From Lingula anatina (lineage: Eukaryota > Animalia > Brachiopoda), in the NCBI GenBank assembly GCA_051362555.1, contig CM120640.1, positions 22,554,225 through 22,618,224 on the forward strand: 64,000 nucleotides of DNA, in the 5' to 3' direction. The position numbers and the translations under genes are program-made. Positions 39,101 to 53,456 of the stretch are shown one piece after another. The stretch's first letter is position 1. Each line of letters begins with the position of its first letter. The notes under the pieces were generated by a model. The model made no database searches, was not told where the DNA came from, and saw only the letters and a program-made list of their open reading frames with translations.

Positions 39101-42100
39101 ATGTTGTAAACTTAATTGGTATATAGTATTCACTTTTTTGTGGATTTAGAGTGCACTTGTGAGATAAACTAGTATCAAAAGACCATGAACCTCAGAGATA
39201 TGCTATTTTTACCACAGTTGTGGAGGCAAAGTAGATTTGATATCATGGACATAGTAGTCTACCCACACATTAGAAATGAAATAAATCAGAGTAATAGTAT
39301 AGGAGTTTCAGCCTAACTGAACCTAATGGCTCCATATCACAAGAATTGGTTTCGATGATGATGATACTGCATGAACATGTTTTTCTTTTCTCTTTGAAGA
39401 AAGAGGCCTTGGGCGGTCTGTCTACCCTGTGGAATTGCATAACTTTGTGAGCAGTAGTCATCTTTCCAAAGTATTCTCCCATTAGATTTGCCACACATCA
39501 AACTTAATTTCAGGCTTCTTGTTAACTGTCAACTCCAAATAGTCATATTGTGATCTTTTCAACTGTGAGCCTCAAATAACTATATTCTCATCCCGCTAAC
39601 TAGAAAATAATAATCTCATCGGACAGTCACAAAAGGAGATGTGTCACACTAATGTGATGGAAAGAACCCTGGGGAACTGATGCACTAAAGCGTTGGTCAT
39701 TAAGTTAATTTTCTGGTGGATTCTTGAACAAAGTCAAACCCAAAGCAGAGCTTTACCAAATTATGTCTTGACCAATGATCCCCATTCCAATTAATTAGGA
39801 TATCCATATTGGACTAACAAGAACATATTTATAATTACGGTGCTCAGATGTACTGCACTGACAGCATTGTCTTGGACCTTTTTTAATTACATTTTATACT
39901 ACAGTTTGAATTAGTTAATGAAAATATGAGGATATATGTCATCTTTTTCAGAAATTTGCTTGGTTTGTCAAGTGGGGGGAAAAACATTTAGATATTGCAA
40001 ATTATTACAAATTGTTTCTGATTACATTTTGATTTGTGCAACTGAAAAAAAAAAAACAATTTTGAGCTTGAAACCATATTCTAAGTGTGCTATTTTTTGC
40101 AGTATGATGTATCTTAATGTGTAACTATGCAATGCAGCAACTATTATAAAACAACTCATGGAAGTCATAACTTTCAGATACAGTGCAGTATTATTCCACG
40201 TTAGTTATCATTTCAGGCATTTCAGTATGAATGCGGGTTAAGGGAAAAATGAGAGGAGACCATAACACCCTTGTTTCAGCATACCTATTCCATATCTAGC
40301 TCTAATAATTTCCCTGAAATGTGAATTTTATTATTGTTTGTTGGTCCATGTTGTTGGTCCTTTCAGTTTTGTCTGAGTTAGGTTATTTCACACTTATTTG
40401 GTCAAAAGATAATCCGTGTTATTATTAGACCATGAAAAAGTATGATAATGCAGCTTCCCTTGTTCGCTTAATTTGATGATCAAGGATAGACCCCAGAGGG
40501 AAAGTTGAATAATACCTTGTTCCTTGCTCACTAGAATCATTGACATTTGATAAAAGGGTTTGAGTACTGAGCAGATTAGCCTTAGAGTCAAATGAATTGG
40601 TCAAACTTATGGAGAGGTATATTAAATGTTCTGTCAGTGTTTTAGTCTGTTGTCAGATCATCTGAAGCATGTAGTGTGATGATTTTTATATCAAGCCCAT
40701 TGTACTGTAAATATATAACATCTATTTTTTTACTAATCATTTCATGTTTCTTTAAATGGTATTATATGCATTATATTTATCAAATTAAAAAAAAATTGGA
40801 AGTGAATTACTTTCATAGAATATTATCTAGGTATGATTGAGCTAATATTTTTGATAGAGTATCATTTCTATTTTTTTCCATTATATTTTCAGACACAAGA
40901 ATAAAGAGTGCAAGAGAAACAGTGGACTGATTATAGGAAGGTTCCATAACTTATGCTGTGATAATATCAAGGATATTTCATATATATCTGAAAGAGGTTC
41001 CAAACAGATTTTTGAGGAAAATTTGCAATGCATTATGATGAGACACATTCTCAGTACAAAGTGGACCCTATTCTTCAAAGACGTCACTATGATGCAGGAC
41101 AGTATTGAGTGGAAAGGAAGAACATGCTGGTAGCAGGGATCTGTAAACAGAGGTTGTATAATTTGCCTATCCAGACACCAGTGAACTGAAGACAAGGAAG
41201 AAGTCATATTATTTACAGCAATAACCCTTTGGTTTTTGAAAGATATTAGAAAAAACGCAACAGGTTTACCTATTTATCTGTGATAATAACATGTGTTGGC
41301 CGTGATACGTGTAGATGGCCTTGTTATAGGTCTAGTTCTGTGTTACTTACAGATGACACTGTATGTTGATTGGGAGTATAATTATATCCAAGGGAAGTGG
41401 AGAATGGGTTCCCTGTCTGCTTGCAGCCCAGGTCATGTGCAGTTTGCCCTACCTAATTTAACTTACCCTAGATATCATTGATTCCCTGTTCCCCAGGCAG
41501 TCAAAACTTGGAGGGTCTAAATCTCCTTGGGGATGCATAATGTATTAGATAGATGCTTTGCTAAAGAAAGTCAGACTGACTTTCATACAGCCTTCTCTGG
41601 AATTATGAAGCAAAGAAGTAGGGGTAGTGTCATACTGGAACCAGATATCACTTGAGTGTAGATTTTCCAGTTCTTTAGTTCTTATCATTCTCCTATCCCT
41701 CTCTCAACCCCAACCCCCATAGCCCATCCATTCTGTGCTTTAGTGGTTGTGACCGTTATTATATCATGGTATATATATATATGAAAGGAAAGTTTTAGAC
41801 CAGATAATCTCTTTGAATCTCAATTTTATTTTGTGTTTTATATACATATGCTTGTGATCCAGGCTGTGGATAGATTTGTTCTTTCTTTTGAGGGATTAAG
41901 ACATATTCCCATTCATTTTTTTTTTTTTTTCGAGACAAGTATCAAATCATGGCTTTGCTCCATCTCTGCCCTGATAGTGATGTTATCTGCAATGTCCATA
42001 CAGCTGGCACTGAATATGAGTTTTGAAACTTCAAAAGCTGAATTCATACAAGAATGAAGGAGGTTGGTATTGATTTTCCTAAGACCAGACCAGGTGAAGT

Positions 42101-45100
42101 ATTGCTCCTCTAGTTTGCAGTCACAAGGGGCATCTGCATTGAGTCTTTGACAACGCTGGTATTTAACGGGTTATTTTTAAAGCTCAATTGATCTGCTCCT
42201 TTTAATTTAATTTTCTAATTATTTCAAATCCATGAGGTGCCCTTGGTGCTGATAACATGTTCCATTTACCCAATGCAGGTAAATGGTTTTATGAAAGTAT
42301 CTCAAAAAAGAAGTTCTCTTGATATTTGCCTTGCATTAAAGATTTTTTATTTCTATTGGCAGACTTCTTTTGCATCAAGATAATGGCAAGTGACAAATGC
42401 TTTGAAACATTTTTAATCATGTTGAAATATTAATTGCTTAAATAACTCTTTAGGTTAAGCTGTAAGGTTTCTGCCTGCTGTTTCGGAAGTGAAGGCTTAT
42501 CAGAGTCGGATATAAATAGGGCATTGACATAGCATGGAATCTAAAGTATCATCATCAGGATGAATGAAATTACTTGCTGCAGAGAGAGAAATTACTCATC
42601 CCCTAGACATACATAGTGAATATCCTAAAAATGTCCATGTTATTTATTTAAAAGAAACTTAGTAACAATGCTAACAAAAAGCAGTATGATTAAATCTAAT
42701 CATTAAGACTTGTTATTAGAATAGATTTTCTCAATTTCATTTTGAATGCAGGGAAATTATGTATCATACTTTTCTATATTGAAGTCATTGCTTCACATGT
42801 CACTATTTAAAACTGTACACAGCACCTTTTAACCCGCCACTTACTTTTGCAGTATCAGTCCATGAAGACATTGCTTGCATATTATTTTTATCATTTTTTA
42901 AAACTTACAATATAAGGGCGAATCACTTATCTGTGCCAGCTTGGCCTGCAAATACAGACAAGCTGACACAGATAAATGTAGTATTACAATAGAGAATGTG
43001 GGAAGAATGGGCATAATCACCCTCAAATGATAATAATGTGTATGGCATCACATATAGATGCACATCATTTAAAGAAAAAATATATTGTAACAGTATAGAC
43101 ATACTAGACACCTTGCAGATCAATTGCCTCAACTTGTGCAACTCTCACTGTGCCTGGACCTGGTGCCGCGGGGGCTGCTGTATGTACTACAATGTGAAAG
43201 GGTATAAACAGCTTTATTCTTCTTATTATTAACATTTATTTCTTGAAGTGCAACTATACAATGACGATAGACACTACCATAGAATCATGTAGTAAATTGC
43301 AATGTAAAACCTTGTATATATGCGTAGTGTAGAAAATGCTAGTTTAGAAACAATTTTAATGATTATAATGGCTATGAAAGTAATTTAGTATGGATGGTTT
43401 ACTGTAGATCAGCATCCAATATTTATTGATACTCAACTTGCAGATATATATATATATATACACGTGTGTGTGCCAGAATACATGTTTTGTATACATGTGT
43501 GTATATATATATGTGTGTATGTACACACATATATTATAATATTGGTGGTATTGCCAATTATTGTTATTTTAAAATAATTTTGTTTTGTTTTCTGGGTTTG
43601 TTTTGTAATTTATCATGATATCTGCCAATTCTATGGCTGCATGTATATAGTCCACATTTGTATATAAGGTCACATAACGTACATTATTCACCCTGAGGAT
43701 GATACTCAGAGATTATTATTATTATTAATATTATTAACAAAAGTGTAACACATCATACAATGGTGGCGATTACTAACTGTGCAATGGGCTTACGATGATC
43801 ATGATGATAATAATAATATGATAACACTATTACAGAAATTGGCTAAACATGTATTTACTGCTATATAGAGCAACCTTTATGCAATATGTGGAGCTGCACC
43901 ATGTCTTGTGTCACCTAGTCAAACTGTAAACTTGAATACATAGATGTGTGTTACATGATTACACAATGCACCTGTTTTCTTGCATTATCACTGTTATAGT
44001 AGTGAGGTGGTAGTAGAATTGCTTTGTCTTTTTTAAAAGGTTGTATATTCTTATTCCTTTATAAGCTAGGGCTGTGTTGGATGCCCTGTGCTCGTATGTG
44101 TCAGTGTTAATCAAGTTTGATGCTAAAAGAGCCAGTTAATGAATTGACCTTTCTATAGTGTATGAGATAACATTTGTAGCTAATAGAACAACTGCAGTTA
44201 CTGAAGAGAGACAGTACACGAAGACACGACTTCAGGTACATGTCAGATATTAAAAAGTGGAGTAATCTTCTGTACAAGTGTATGTTATAAAAAGACTATA
44301 CTGGCTATAATAAGTATATATCTTGATTAGATAGGGTTCGGGCACTTACCATATGTTTGTGTAATTATAGTGTCCTGTTATACTATTAACCTTTACATTT
44401 CTATGCACTTAGATGTTGTATAATATTATTTCTTAGATTTACTTCATCATCAGCCATTTCAAGGTCAGCTTCGATAGAGAATGGTGTGTATATGGATCTG
44501 GATGCTTGCGGTTGCACCTTTTTGGGCTCTGGGCAGGTGCTTCTCATACAAAAATAAACAGAATCTCATGGTTGGTTATGATATTGCTTCAAATGAAAAT
44601 TTTAGACATATTTTAGACATGATGTTTGGGCTCAGATATTATTTCATGATAACATGGGTTTTTATGGGTTTCCCCCTCTTATGTTTGCTCACATGTATGC
44701 TTATATTTTTACCTTGTTTTCAATATATTGATAAAAGCTATTTGGCTTTTTTGTGTGGGTTATATTTCATTTTAACAACATGTAGGTTTATTAGTTAGAA
44801 CTTTTATATAGCTATTATCAGCTCACCTAATATCAGTATTTTCTTAATTAACAAGCAAAAGTGATGCTAAACCAGTGATCAGCTTATGATTTTTGGGCTG
44901 AAGCATAGATACTCAAAATTTCACAAAAAGAAGCTTGCAACAAACTTGTTTTTTTTTCCTTCTCATTTTCCCAGCTGCTTGTTATATATGAGAGACTTAT
45001 TTGTTTATTGATCATATAGAAATTATTTTCCCCTCTAGCTGCAACCCATTTCTGTACACAGTTGTTCATTTTTCAACAAAATAGTCCATCAGAATGTAGT

Positions 45101-48100
45101 TTGTGTAGGAACAGTAGTATTCCCAATTTGATTACAATGTATGCTCCTGTTACATGTATTGCATGCATGGAATGCATTCAGCCATTTCATCAAAACTCGC
45201 CTTCTGTAACTGAGATAATGGAAATCGTTCAGTGTTCCTCTGAGGGGCTACCACCACTGGAAGACTGTTAACTTCCAAGGCAAGTAATCGCCTCAAATTG
45301 CATTAGCTTTCTATTTTTACTTAGTGCAGCTAGTATCCCAATTGGACAAGCGTGCTGAAATGAGTTACTATTCACACTAATGATTCAGAGTCTGTCTTCT
45401 TACCAAGTGAGATCTGAACAAGGAAACTATGAAAAAGTGAAACATTATTTATAAGAGAAGTTAAACAACCTAGAGGTTGTGTGTTATTACACTTGGTAGA
45501 TATTAACAGTGACAAGGTTGTTTTATTCTAATCAGTTTGTCATATAGTTAAATGGGTAACATTTTTTAGCTAGAGCTGAAAAATATACTACAGTTCTACA
45601 CTTAACTTACTATCTTCATGGTCCTGGGTTTTTGAAATATGTAATATTCTTTGCTAAGTATACTCCAACCAGGTAGCTGTGTTTTTTCACAGATAGTAAT
45701 GTCTGATGTGTTCATAATATCTAGAACCAAAACTTTCACATCTGGGATATTGCAATCTCTGACTGCAGATATAAACATGACATTTATTACTTTCAGATAA
45801 ATACTAACATCTTTCATTATCTGAGACAAAATCATGAAAGAGATTCTTGTAACACGTGCCAAATTTATTATATAAGTGGCACAACAGGTATGGGTTACTG
45901 TAATCTCATTTTAGATCTAGCCTCCCCCCTTCCAGTTCTATTTTTAATCAATGTAACCCCGACCCCTCTACAGGTATGGAAATCTGGGTGCTGATGTAGA
46001 TATTTAAAAATGACCTTCCAACCTTAGTAGAGGAAACCTTAAAACATTCCACCACCTCTGCCCCCCCCCCCCTCCCCTTCAAAAAAGAACACCAATGTAT
46101 AAATCAATGAAGATGAATTATTTTCATGAAGAACAATATGTCTGTCAGAAATAGCAATAGGCTTTAGGTCTCAAAGTTTTGGTTTTAGAAAAGTAATTGT
46201 TCTTAATCCTTGCAGACCTGCCCTGCTTGCTGTATTAGTCTTGCCTAGGTTAAGATGATATGCTGTGTATTTCAAGTTGGCAGTTCCTCAATAAACCATT
46301 TTATATTTTTTGAGACACAATAGATGCATGGTTTGTTTTACTTTTTATCTCATGTGCATTGAAAGGTTTTAATCCTGGTACTGGATAAAGACTTAAAAGA
46401 CTTGTCAAATACATTGCTATAAGCAAATGTTCACTTGGTTATGTATGTTTTTCAGATGCCATTTTATAGAACTTGGGAGTTGCAAGGAAAATTGTATCAA
46501 AAAATCCAGGCTTTACTTTAATGTTATTGTTATTGATTGCAGTTGAAATGGCATTTGAAAGTGGTATTCCTACTATTATTCAATCATTTGTTGACAGGAG
46601 AATGCCATCCAATCTCATCTTATCACCATTTGAATAACCTTAGCCTTTATCATTTGTTAAGATTATAACCTAAATAAGATTGACAAAATGGATTATTTTG
46701 GCCCTCTGTATACCAGCCAGCCAGCTCTCTCTGTTACATTATAATCTGACTGGTAAGTTAACCAGATTAAGAATTGACCCATTAGCAGTTTTATGACACA
46801 CTTTTTCCTACTAAAATGCATCAGTGCCATGAATATAACACATTGAATATTTTTGATACAAAAAAGTTTGATGTAACCTAATCTCAACTAAAATAGGAAG
46901 AAATTCTAAGTAGATTTACAAAATAGAACGTGTGAAATGTTCCCAAAATTTCAAAAATAGTATACATCAGAGATGCCCCTCCCCCTTCCCCCATTCAAGG
47001 AGTTCACTGGAAACTTATTCATTGAATAGAAAACCATGTCATTTGAAGAAGATCGGATCTTTTCGACAGTAACACAATTACAGGACATTTAACCGTGATG
47101 ATTATGTTCAAATAAAATGAAAAATGGTGATGATAATTGGAAAGAAGATGCAGACCATCAGATATCACTTTCTGGTTTGTCTCACTGCAAGTATCAAAAG
47201 TTTCATTCCTCCAGATTGTTAAATAGGCGCGCAATGCCACAGACTGAGATGTTCTGTATAATCCAATGTGTTGGATTCTGTAATCGTAATGAAAATCAAT
47301 ATAGATATGTGTGTGCAACATACACTGCAGAACCTGAAGCATCCCTATATGACAAGTAAATTTGCACAAACTCTACTTCTTCTGTCCAGATGCTTTTGGC
47401 TTGAACTATGCAAAATCAATACAGGAGTTAGATGTCATTGCAAGCAGATACAATTTGACTTGTGAATTCTCTTTTTTATCTGTGTCAGACAATTGTGCAT
47501 GCCTGGGAGGTGCTCGTGCAAAGAAAAAAAAAAAAAAAACTTCCAGTAACAGATAAGCCTCATGTAAAAAAACTCCTTATTTTCGTGATTGATTTTACTT
47601 ATCAATGCAAAATTATGCTTCTATTAGGCAAGACATTAGTTGCATCTCCCACTCCCAGATCTTCAACATTCATTAACTTATGTAATACGTAATTTAAAGC
47701 CTCCTGTTTCAAATAAATCTACAAACACATCTGTTACTATAAACCAACCTGTACTTCTTAGCTCATCTTATTAATTGGAAAGTGTTTGATGGTTTGGCAA
47801 TGCCAATATATGGCAGGCAGTGTCTCCCTTAAAACATAGGAGAGGTACACAAATATGATACTCAGCAGGATAATTTTATCCCTCAAACACCTGATCTGTC
47901 CCCAGGATAATGGCATTTAAACCAGCAATTGTTATGACAGCTGGTGCCAGCACACAACATCACCATACTCAGAACTGAAATACTATAATTTAAATAAAAA
48001 TGCAGATTTAAAAAAAAAACTGGGTTGTCCACTTGATTTTCTGAATAAATAAACATGCTTAAATTGGATTGTTCTTTAATCAAAAGAAAATCACCTGTCA

Positions 48101-48605
48101 GGAGTTTGATAACGTTTTATTTACAAAAAAAGCTGTACATTTTCAGGGATGGGACTGACTATTTTAACGCAAACCTAAAAATGATCAGAAAAATGTTTGG
48201 TAGCAAAAATAAACACCTGGGATTAGCAGGACGGAGTTAAACAATGGCGCACTGTCTCCTCAGTATGGTTTCAATGGATGCCATTAGGCATGGTGCAATT
48301 TACCAATAACATTATAGTTCTTGATCTTCAGTTTGTAATCACAGAAATTTTCATATCTTAAACTTTTTAAATAAATGCTATCAATTTGCAGATCTCAACA
48401 ATAAATTTTAGTAGTGCTGGTTCTTTTGAACAAGTTGATGAAAACTAAATCACTTTTTCATTTATACAAAATATTTACAGGTGTGTGCAAGATGGTACTG
48501 TTTTTTCCCCATTGTTGCCATGCCTATAGTAAATGGCTTGAAGAAACCATAGCAAGTTGCATATAAATGTTCAGATGAGAGACTTCAGTCTTTGGGTAGA
48601 TTAAG

Positions 48606-51600
48606 TTACGACAGCTTGGGACAATCTGGGCTCAAAAAGTTCCTTGGCTGCACAAATCCATCTTGTTTGTCTCTGAAATGACAACAGGTAGTAAACGTTC
48701 AACTGATAGTGTACACTAATACTATTGCAATATTTGCTGTCACACCTTTACATAATCTGATAGTGGAATTTACTTTTAGATATATCCTTAAGAATTAATT
48801 AAATTGGCAAAAAATCAATGAACGTAAATGATTTTAATTAAAATTGCTTTTAAATAATCAAAATTTTTCATCAAAAAAAGTACATGTAATTGCAGAGGCA
48901 TCAGTGAGTTTGCAATTTTTTTCAAATTTAAGTACTAAGCAAAACAAAAAATCATTTAGAAAAGACATAAGCAGAATGTACTCACACATCATACTGTAAA
49001 TGAGATATCACTTCATCAATGTGCTCCTTTGAGATTTCACCGTCAATTTGGGCCAGATATTTGTATAGGTCTTTGAAAAGTTGAAAGGGTATTCTACAAG
49101 GTCCTCCCTCAGGATCAGCCGTCAAAATCTCACAGATAGTTTTCATTGCATTAGTAATATTCTGTAAAAGAGAAGCATTTACAATCATGAAATAAGTAAG
49201 AAACATGCCCTCACCCCAATCAAAATTCCATTTGGATGCACTCACAAATGCAAAAATTATATCAATCTTATTCTCTACTGAGGCATAAATAGGCCCCAAT
49301 GTGCCCCATGTTGCAATATAAACAATGTTTTCTTAACCAATACCCCATTTTGCTGCTATTCTCAATCACATACCTCCCCAAGGGTGGATGCTGCCAGGGA
49401 GAAGAATTTCAACCATTCAGTGTCCCCTCCAAAACTGCCTATCCTGACCAATTCATCAAACTGTTCTTTGGGTAAAGAGAGATCCTTCCACTTTTCTTCA
49501 ATCTGTGACAAAGGCACAGTCTTCCTAGGTCCAAGCTAAAAAGACAGAAGTTAACAATAAAGCCATACTGAGGTATTCTTTCTAAACTTTAGTGTTTACT
49601 TACTATCCATATTGCCTTTGTTAAGTGGCAGTTTATGTGACAAATGTTTTCAGATGAAATGGACAACATTTGCATTCTTTAAAAGTGCTATTGGTCAATC
49701 AATACAATATTCTAATTGAGATGATATATAGGCCTTATTCAAATCTATTTCTGGGCTTACAAGCTGTCAAAAGATGGCTACTGTGATGATGTATACCCAT
49801 ACCAATGTCCCATTGAAAATGAGGTCATGGGTTTAGTCATTGTGTCAAGGGAGCCATACACAGTACATGAACAGGAAGAACCCCCTAGTTTCAACAAACA
49901 AGGGAGGGCTCTGGTTTAAAGTAAAAAGACTATGCTTTGTCAAAGTCCCATCACCAGTTAGTTGATCATTTGGGTGCACCATCAGGTGAACTCATAGTGA
50001 ATAGCAGAAGTCCTCATTTGGAGGTACCATCATCATCATAGTCAAAGTAATCATCTATTGAAAGATATGCTACCGGGAAGTCCAGATATAGATTGTTCCC
50101 ATGCAGTATCGTAAGTATTTGTTCACTAGATATAAACATTCCACTTAAATTTTCTTTACCTTGCAAAGCCAGTTTATTGATGAACATGAACATTTTATCA
50201 TACCTGTTTGTTGAGAATTCTAAGCAACCCTGGGGTAAGCCCTGTATCGGTCTTCTGGGTGGCCACTGGCATTTCTAGTCTCTCCTTCACTGGGGGTGTC
50301 TCCCCCTTGGACATAGCCCTGAAGTAACTGGAACAGACAATAATAAAAAGTTGAATCTGTATATGTAACTGATGGTTCATCAATGTCAACTAAAAATGTT
50401 CAAGAACCTTCTTACAGAACTTTTTTATATATTTTATGTTGATTTAGATAGAGAAAGAAAATAAGCACTTATCATTTCCTTCAGGGATAAAAGTGGCAAA
50501 ATGAAATTTATCAAGGGGAGAAGAGTTTAAGTGAAAGTCAATTTCGAATGGCACTTGAATTTATTTTCAAAACATCATTATAAATCTGATATAAATGATA
50601 ATTCCATTGATTCAAGCTTATTTATGATCTGAATAAGCTTGAATCAATCGGTCTGCCGGGGAAAAAAATACCCCATTCTACTGTAGTAAATTTCCTATTA
50701 GTGCAAGCCCTGAAAATGTAATAGTCAGAATCCTAAGTGTACTTGACAAAGTATAAAGTTTTTTACATACTGTACAACATATTTAACACATTCAACAGCA
50801 AAAATCATTTTGTATCAGACTCAGTAAACATACAATCTCTCTTGATTAAGACAAAACATATTGACAGCATACTAAATTGAACAAAGAGAATGCAAGTACT
50901 GGCATGCTGATTAAAACTATTAAATATGTATTTCTCCCCAAATAACTTCAGTATTCAAGTAGACCCAATATTATAGGCAGCAGCTGCAATAGTGTGATAA
51001 TGCCAAAAGATCTATTAGCTATTCCAATGTCTGCCTTATTCCTCCTGCATTACTGAAAAAAAATCAATTCAGTGGTCAACATATGCCCACAAGGAAAATA
51101 CTTCATCAAGAAATCCATCAAAGCCTCTGAGGATAGTTTTCATATCATCCAACCAAACAACCTTTGGCACTTAATCCAATACATCACCAAGTTGCAACAT
51201 TCTTCCTTCTTTCCATCTTACTTATACAACTCAAAATGCCTTAAAATGAATATCAGTATAAAGAAAATGACCAAACTGTTTTAAACACAAGTCCAAAAAT
51301 TTTGCTCATCAAGAAAATATGTGTCATATCCTGAATATATCATATTTTTGATGGTACATATGTTAAACAATTACTCAAATGTCCATTTAGGCCATCAATT
51401 TTAACAGTCAAAATTGAAACTTAACACTTATGAATAAAAAAAATATTAAATAAAAAAGGAGAAGAGTCCATTGTGTTAGATCAACCTAACCAACAGCAAC
51501 ACCCATCCCAAACACAACCACAAGGGCAACTACTCATCAATTCTTATTACTATTGACCAGTTCATCATAAATCTAATTAGCAACTCCATGCTTGGTCATC

Positions 51601-51746
51601 TTCTGTACTTACGCAGCTGCCCAAGCCAGGACATCCTTAGGCTGTGTTCTTATTGCAGCTTTGGTGAACTGCTTCAGGATATCTGGCAATTCAGGAGGGA
51701 TATTTATCTGCTGCGAGCAGTAGTATGGTTCATCAGGAGCTGGCAT
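48606..51746 (-). CDS. ROPN1L: Ropporin-1-like protein (RIIa D/D domain, radial-spoke RSP11 family), 5 coding exons, 220 aa
   Basis: Exons (minus): 51613-51746, 50204-50327, 49374-49535, 48986-49161, 48606-48672. All GT-AG, 663 nt. Translation [47 protein letters not shown]...PVKERLEMPVATQKTDTGLTPGLL...ICEILTADPEGGPCRIPF...CPKLS. Confidence 0.95.
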
Positions 51747-52511
51747 GTCTAAAAAGTAAAACACAGTGTTCAAAGTATTTTAAAGCATCATAACATAAGT
51801 TGTGAAAGTTGATTCACTAAAAACATAACAAAAATTCTGGAAAACTATGATTTGTTAGGTAAATAAAAAGTAATATAATAAAAAACAATGTAATTATCAA
51901 CTGACTTAAACTGTGTTCCACAGAAAATACTCAAGAGTTGCATTACCTTTTGTCAATGGTAAATATATGAATGACATTCTTTTTCAAGACATATTAAATT
52001 GAACAGTTTCATACAGTATTAGACTGACTTGATCCTTGAGATTGGTTTTATATTTAAATTTGGGGCTTATAAAAGTTATTGCTGCAGTCAAATGGTTGAG
52101 TGTGATATTTTTTGTTTATTTATGTGAATACTGTAGGTGTCGCCTTTAAAGCAGTACTACAGTACATGTAGTACTTACATTGTACATTGTAGCAGCATTT
52201 CAATCATAAAAAAACTAAATATTTCATTATTTTATAAACTCCCTTATAAACTTTTAAATAAAAAATTATTGGTTTAAATGTTTGTATATCTACAGTACCT
52301 GTGCAACAGAAAGAACACATTTTGAGTTTCAAAATTACATATTTATTTTTCTCTTCTAAAATTTTCCCTAAGTGACTTGTAAAATTCTGCCAAATATTAA
52401 AGAGCTCAATATATTGATTGTACATAAAAATGTCTGAGTTTTGTGTAGCACTCCTATATATCTTTCATTGTTATATTAGATGACTGGCAAAGATTGAAGG
52501 CCATCACGTGA

Positions 52512-52514
<3 letters not shown>

Positions 52515-52557
<43 letters not shown>
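52515..52557. repeat. (CA)n microsatellite
   Basis: Direct reading. Confidence 0.95.
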
Positions 52558-52559
<2 letters not shown>

Positions 52560-53364
52560 TATATAATCCACTTAAAATGATTCAAACCAAATCAGAGCTC
52601 AATGGTATCTGTAGTTTTCACATGGGTATCAAGTGAAAAGATGTTCAATAAACACTGATTTTAAAGAAGGGTAGCATATCAACAGATCTTAAAATCTTAA
52701 ATTTTGGTTTCAATAAGTTTGCCTATGCATTTGAAGATGACAGTTAAATTAAAAATAAATTGCAACATGTTTCACACTTTCATTAATTCTCAAGGACAAT
52801 GCAGTATGTAAAATGCAAAATTAGAATAGAGGAGAAAGAGATTTAAGACTTGTTTTAGGCATTCTTGCATATTAAAATTGTAGCTGTACATATGAATATA
52901 TGAAAAAACATGAAACGTATCTTTGACTAGTAAGTACTTGTACGTCTGACATGTACGTGCAGTACGTGCCCAAGTGACTACATGTACATGCAAAAGTGAC
53001 TTTTAAAGTAAAGATTTGTCAGAATAATGCCTTGACTAATATAGAGTATTAGTGGGATTTAAAAAGCTGCAGATAGCCCACCATCAAGGAAACTGAAAAT
53101 TAGAGATGTTCTTAGACATGATACAAGTCAATGATTCCAAAATATGACAAAGATGCGTGTCATCCATCACGTTTTATCTTGGCAATGTCAAGTTCTCTAA
53201 AATTATTCACATTTTACCTCTGCATTACCAATACAACTCTTCATTATGAAGTAACAGACTTCGTTTAATGTCATATTATTTTAATTTTAACATACCTTAT
53301 CTATTTCTTAATTTTACAATCCCCAAATGACAGTCACATGCCCTGTAAAAGTGTTGTCAACTTG

Positions 53365-53456
53365 GTTGTTGATGGCAACTTAGCTATGCGCACCACAGTT
53401 TGCGCATGCAAGCTGCATTCTGGGAATGAAACTTCCGCTACATAGTAAACTTCCGG
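53365..53456. promoter_or_regulatory. Compact bidirectional promoter of ROPN1L and HORMAD
   Basis: Lies between a minus-strand donor at 53295/53296 and a plus-strand donor at 53473/53474. Contains RFX X-box-like GTTGTTGATGGCAAC (53365), NRF1-like TGCGCATGCA (53401), ZNF143-like TGCATTCTGGGAA (53414) and ETS/GABP ACTTCCG twice (53431, 53449). Confidence 0.65.

Noticed and set aside
47019-47692. Cluster of overlapping short ORFs
   Set aside because: No recognisable motif or consistent splice phases.
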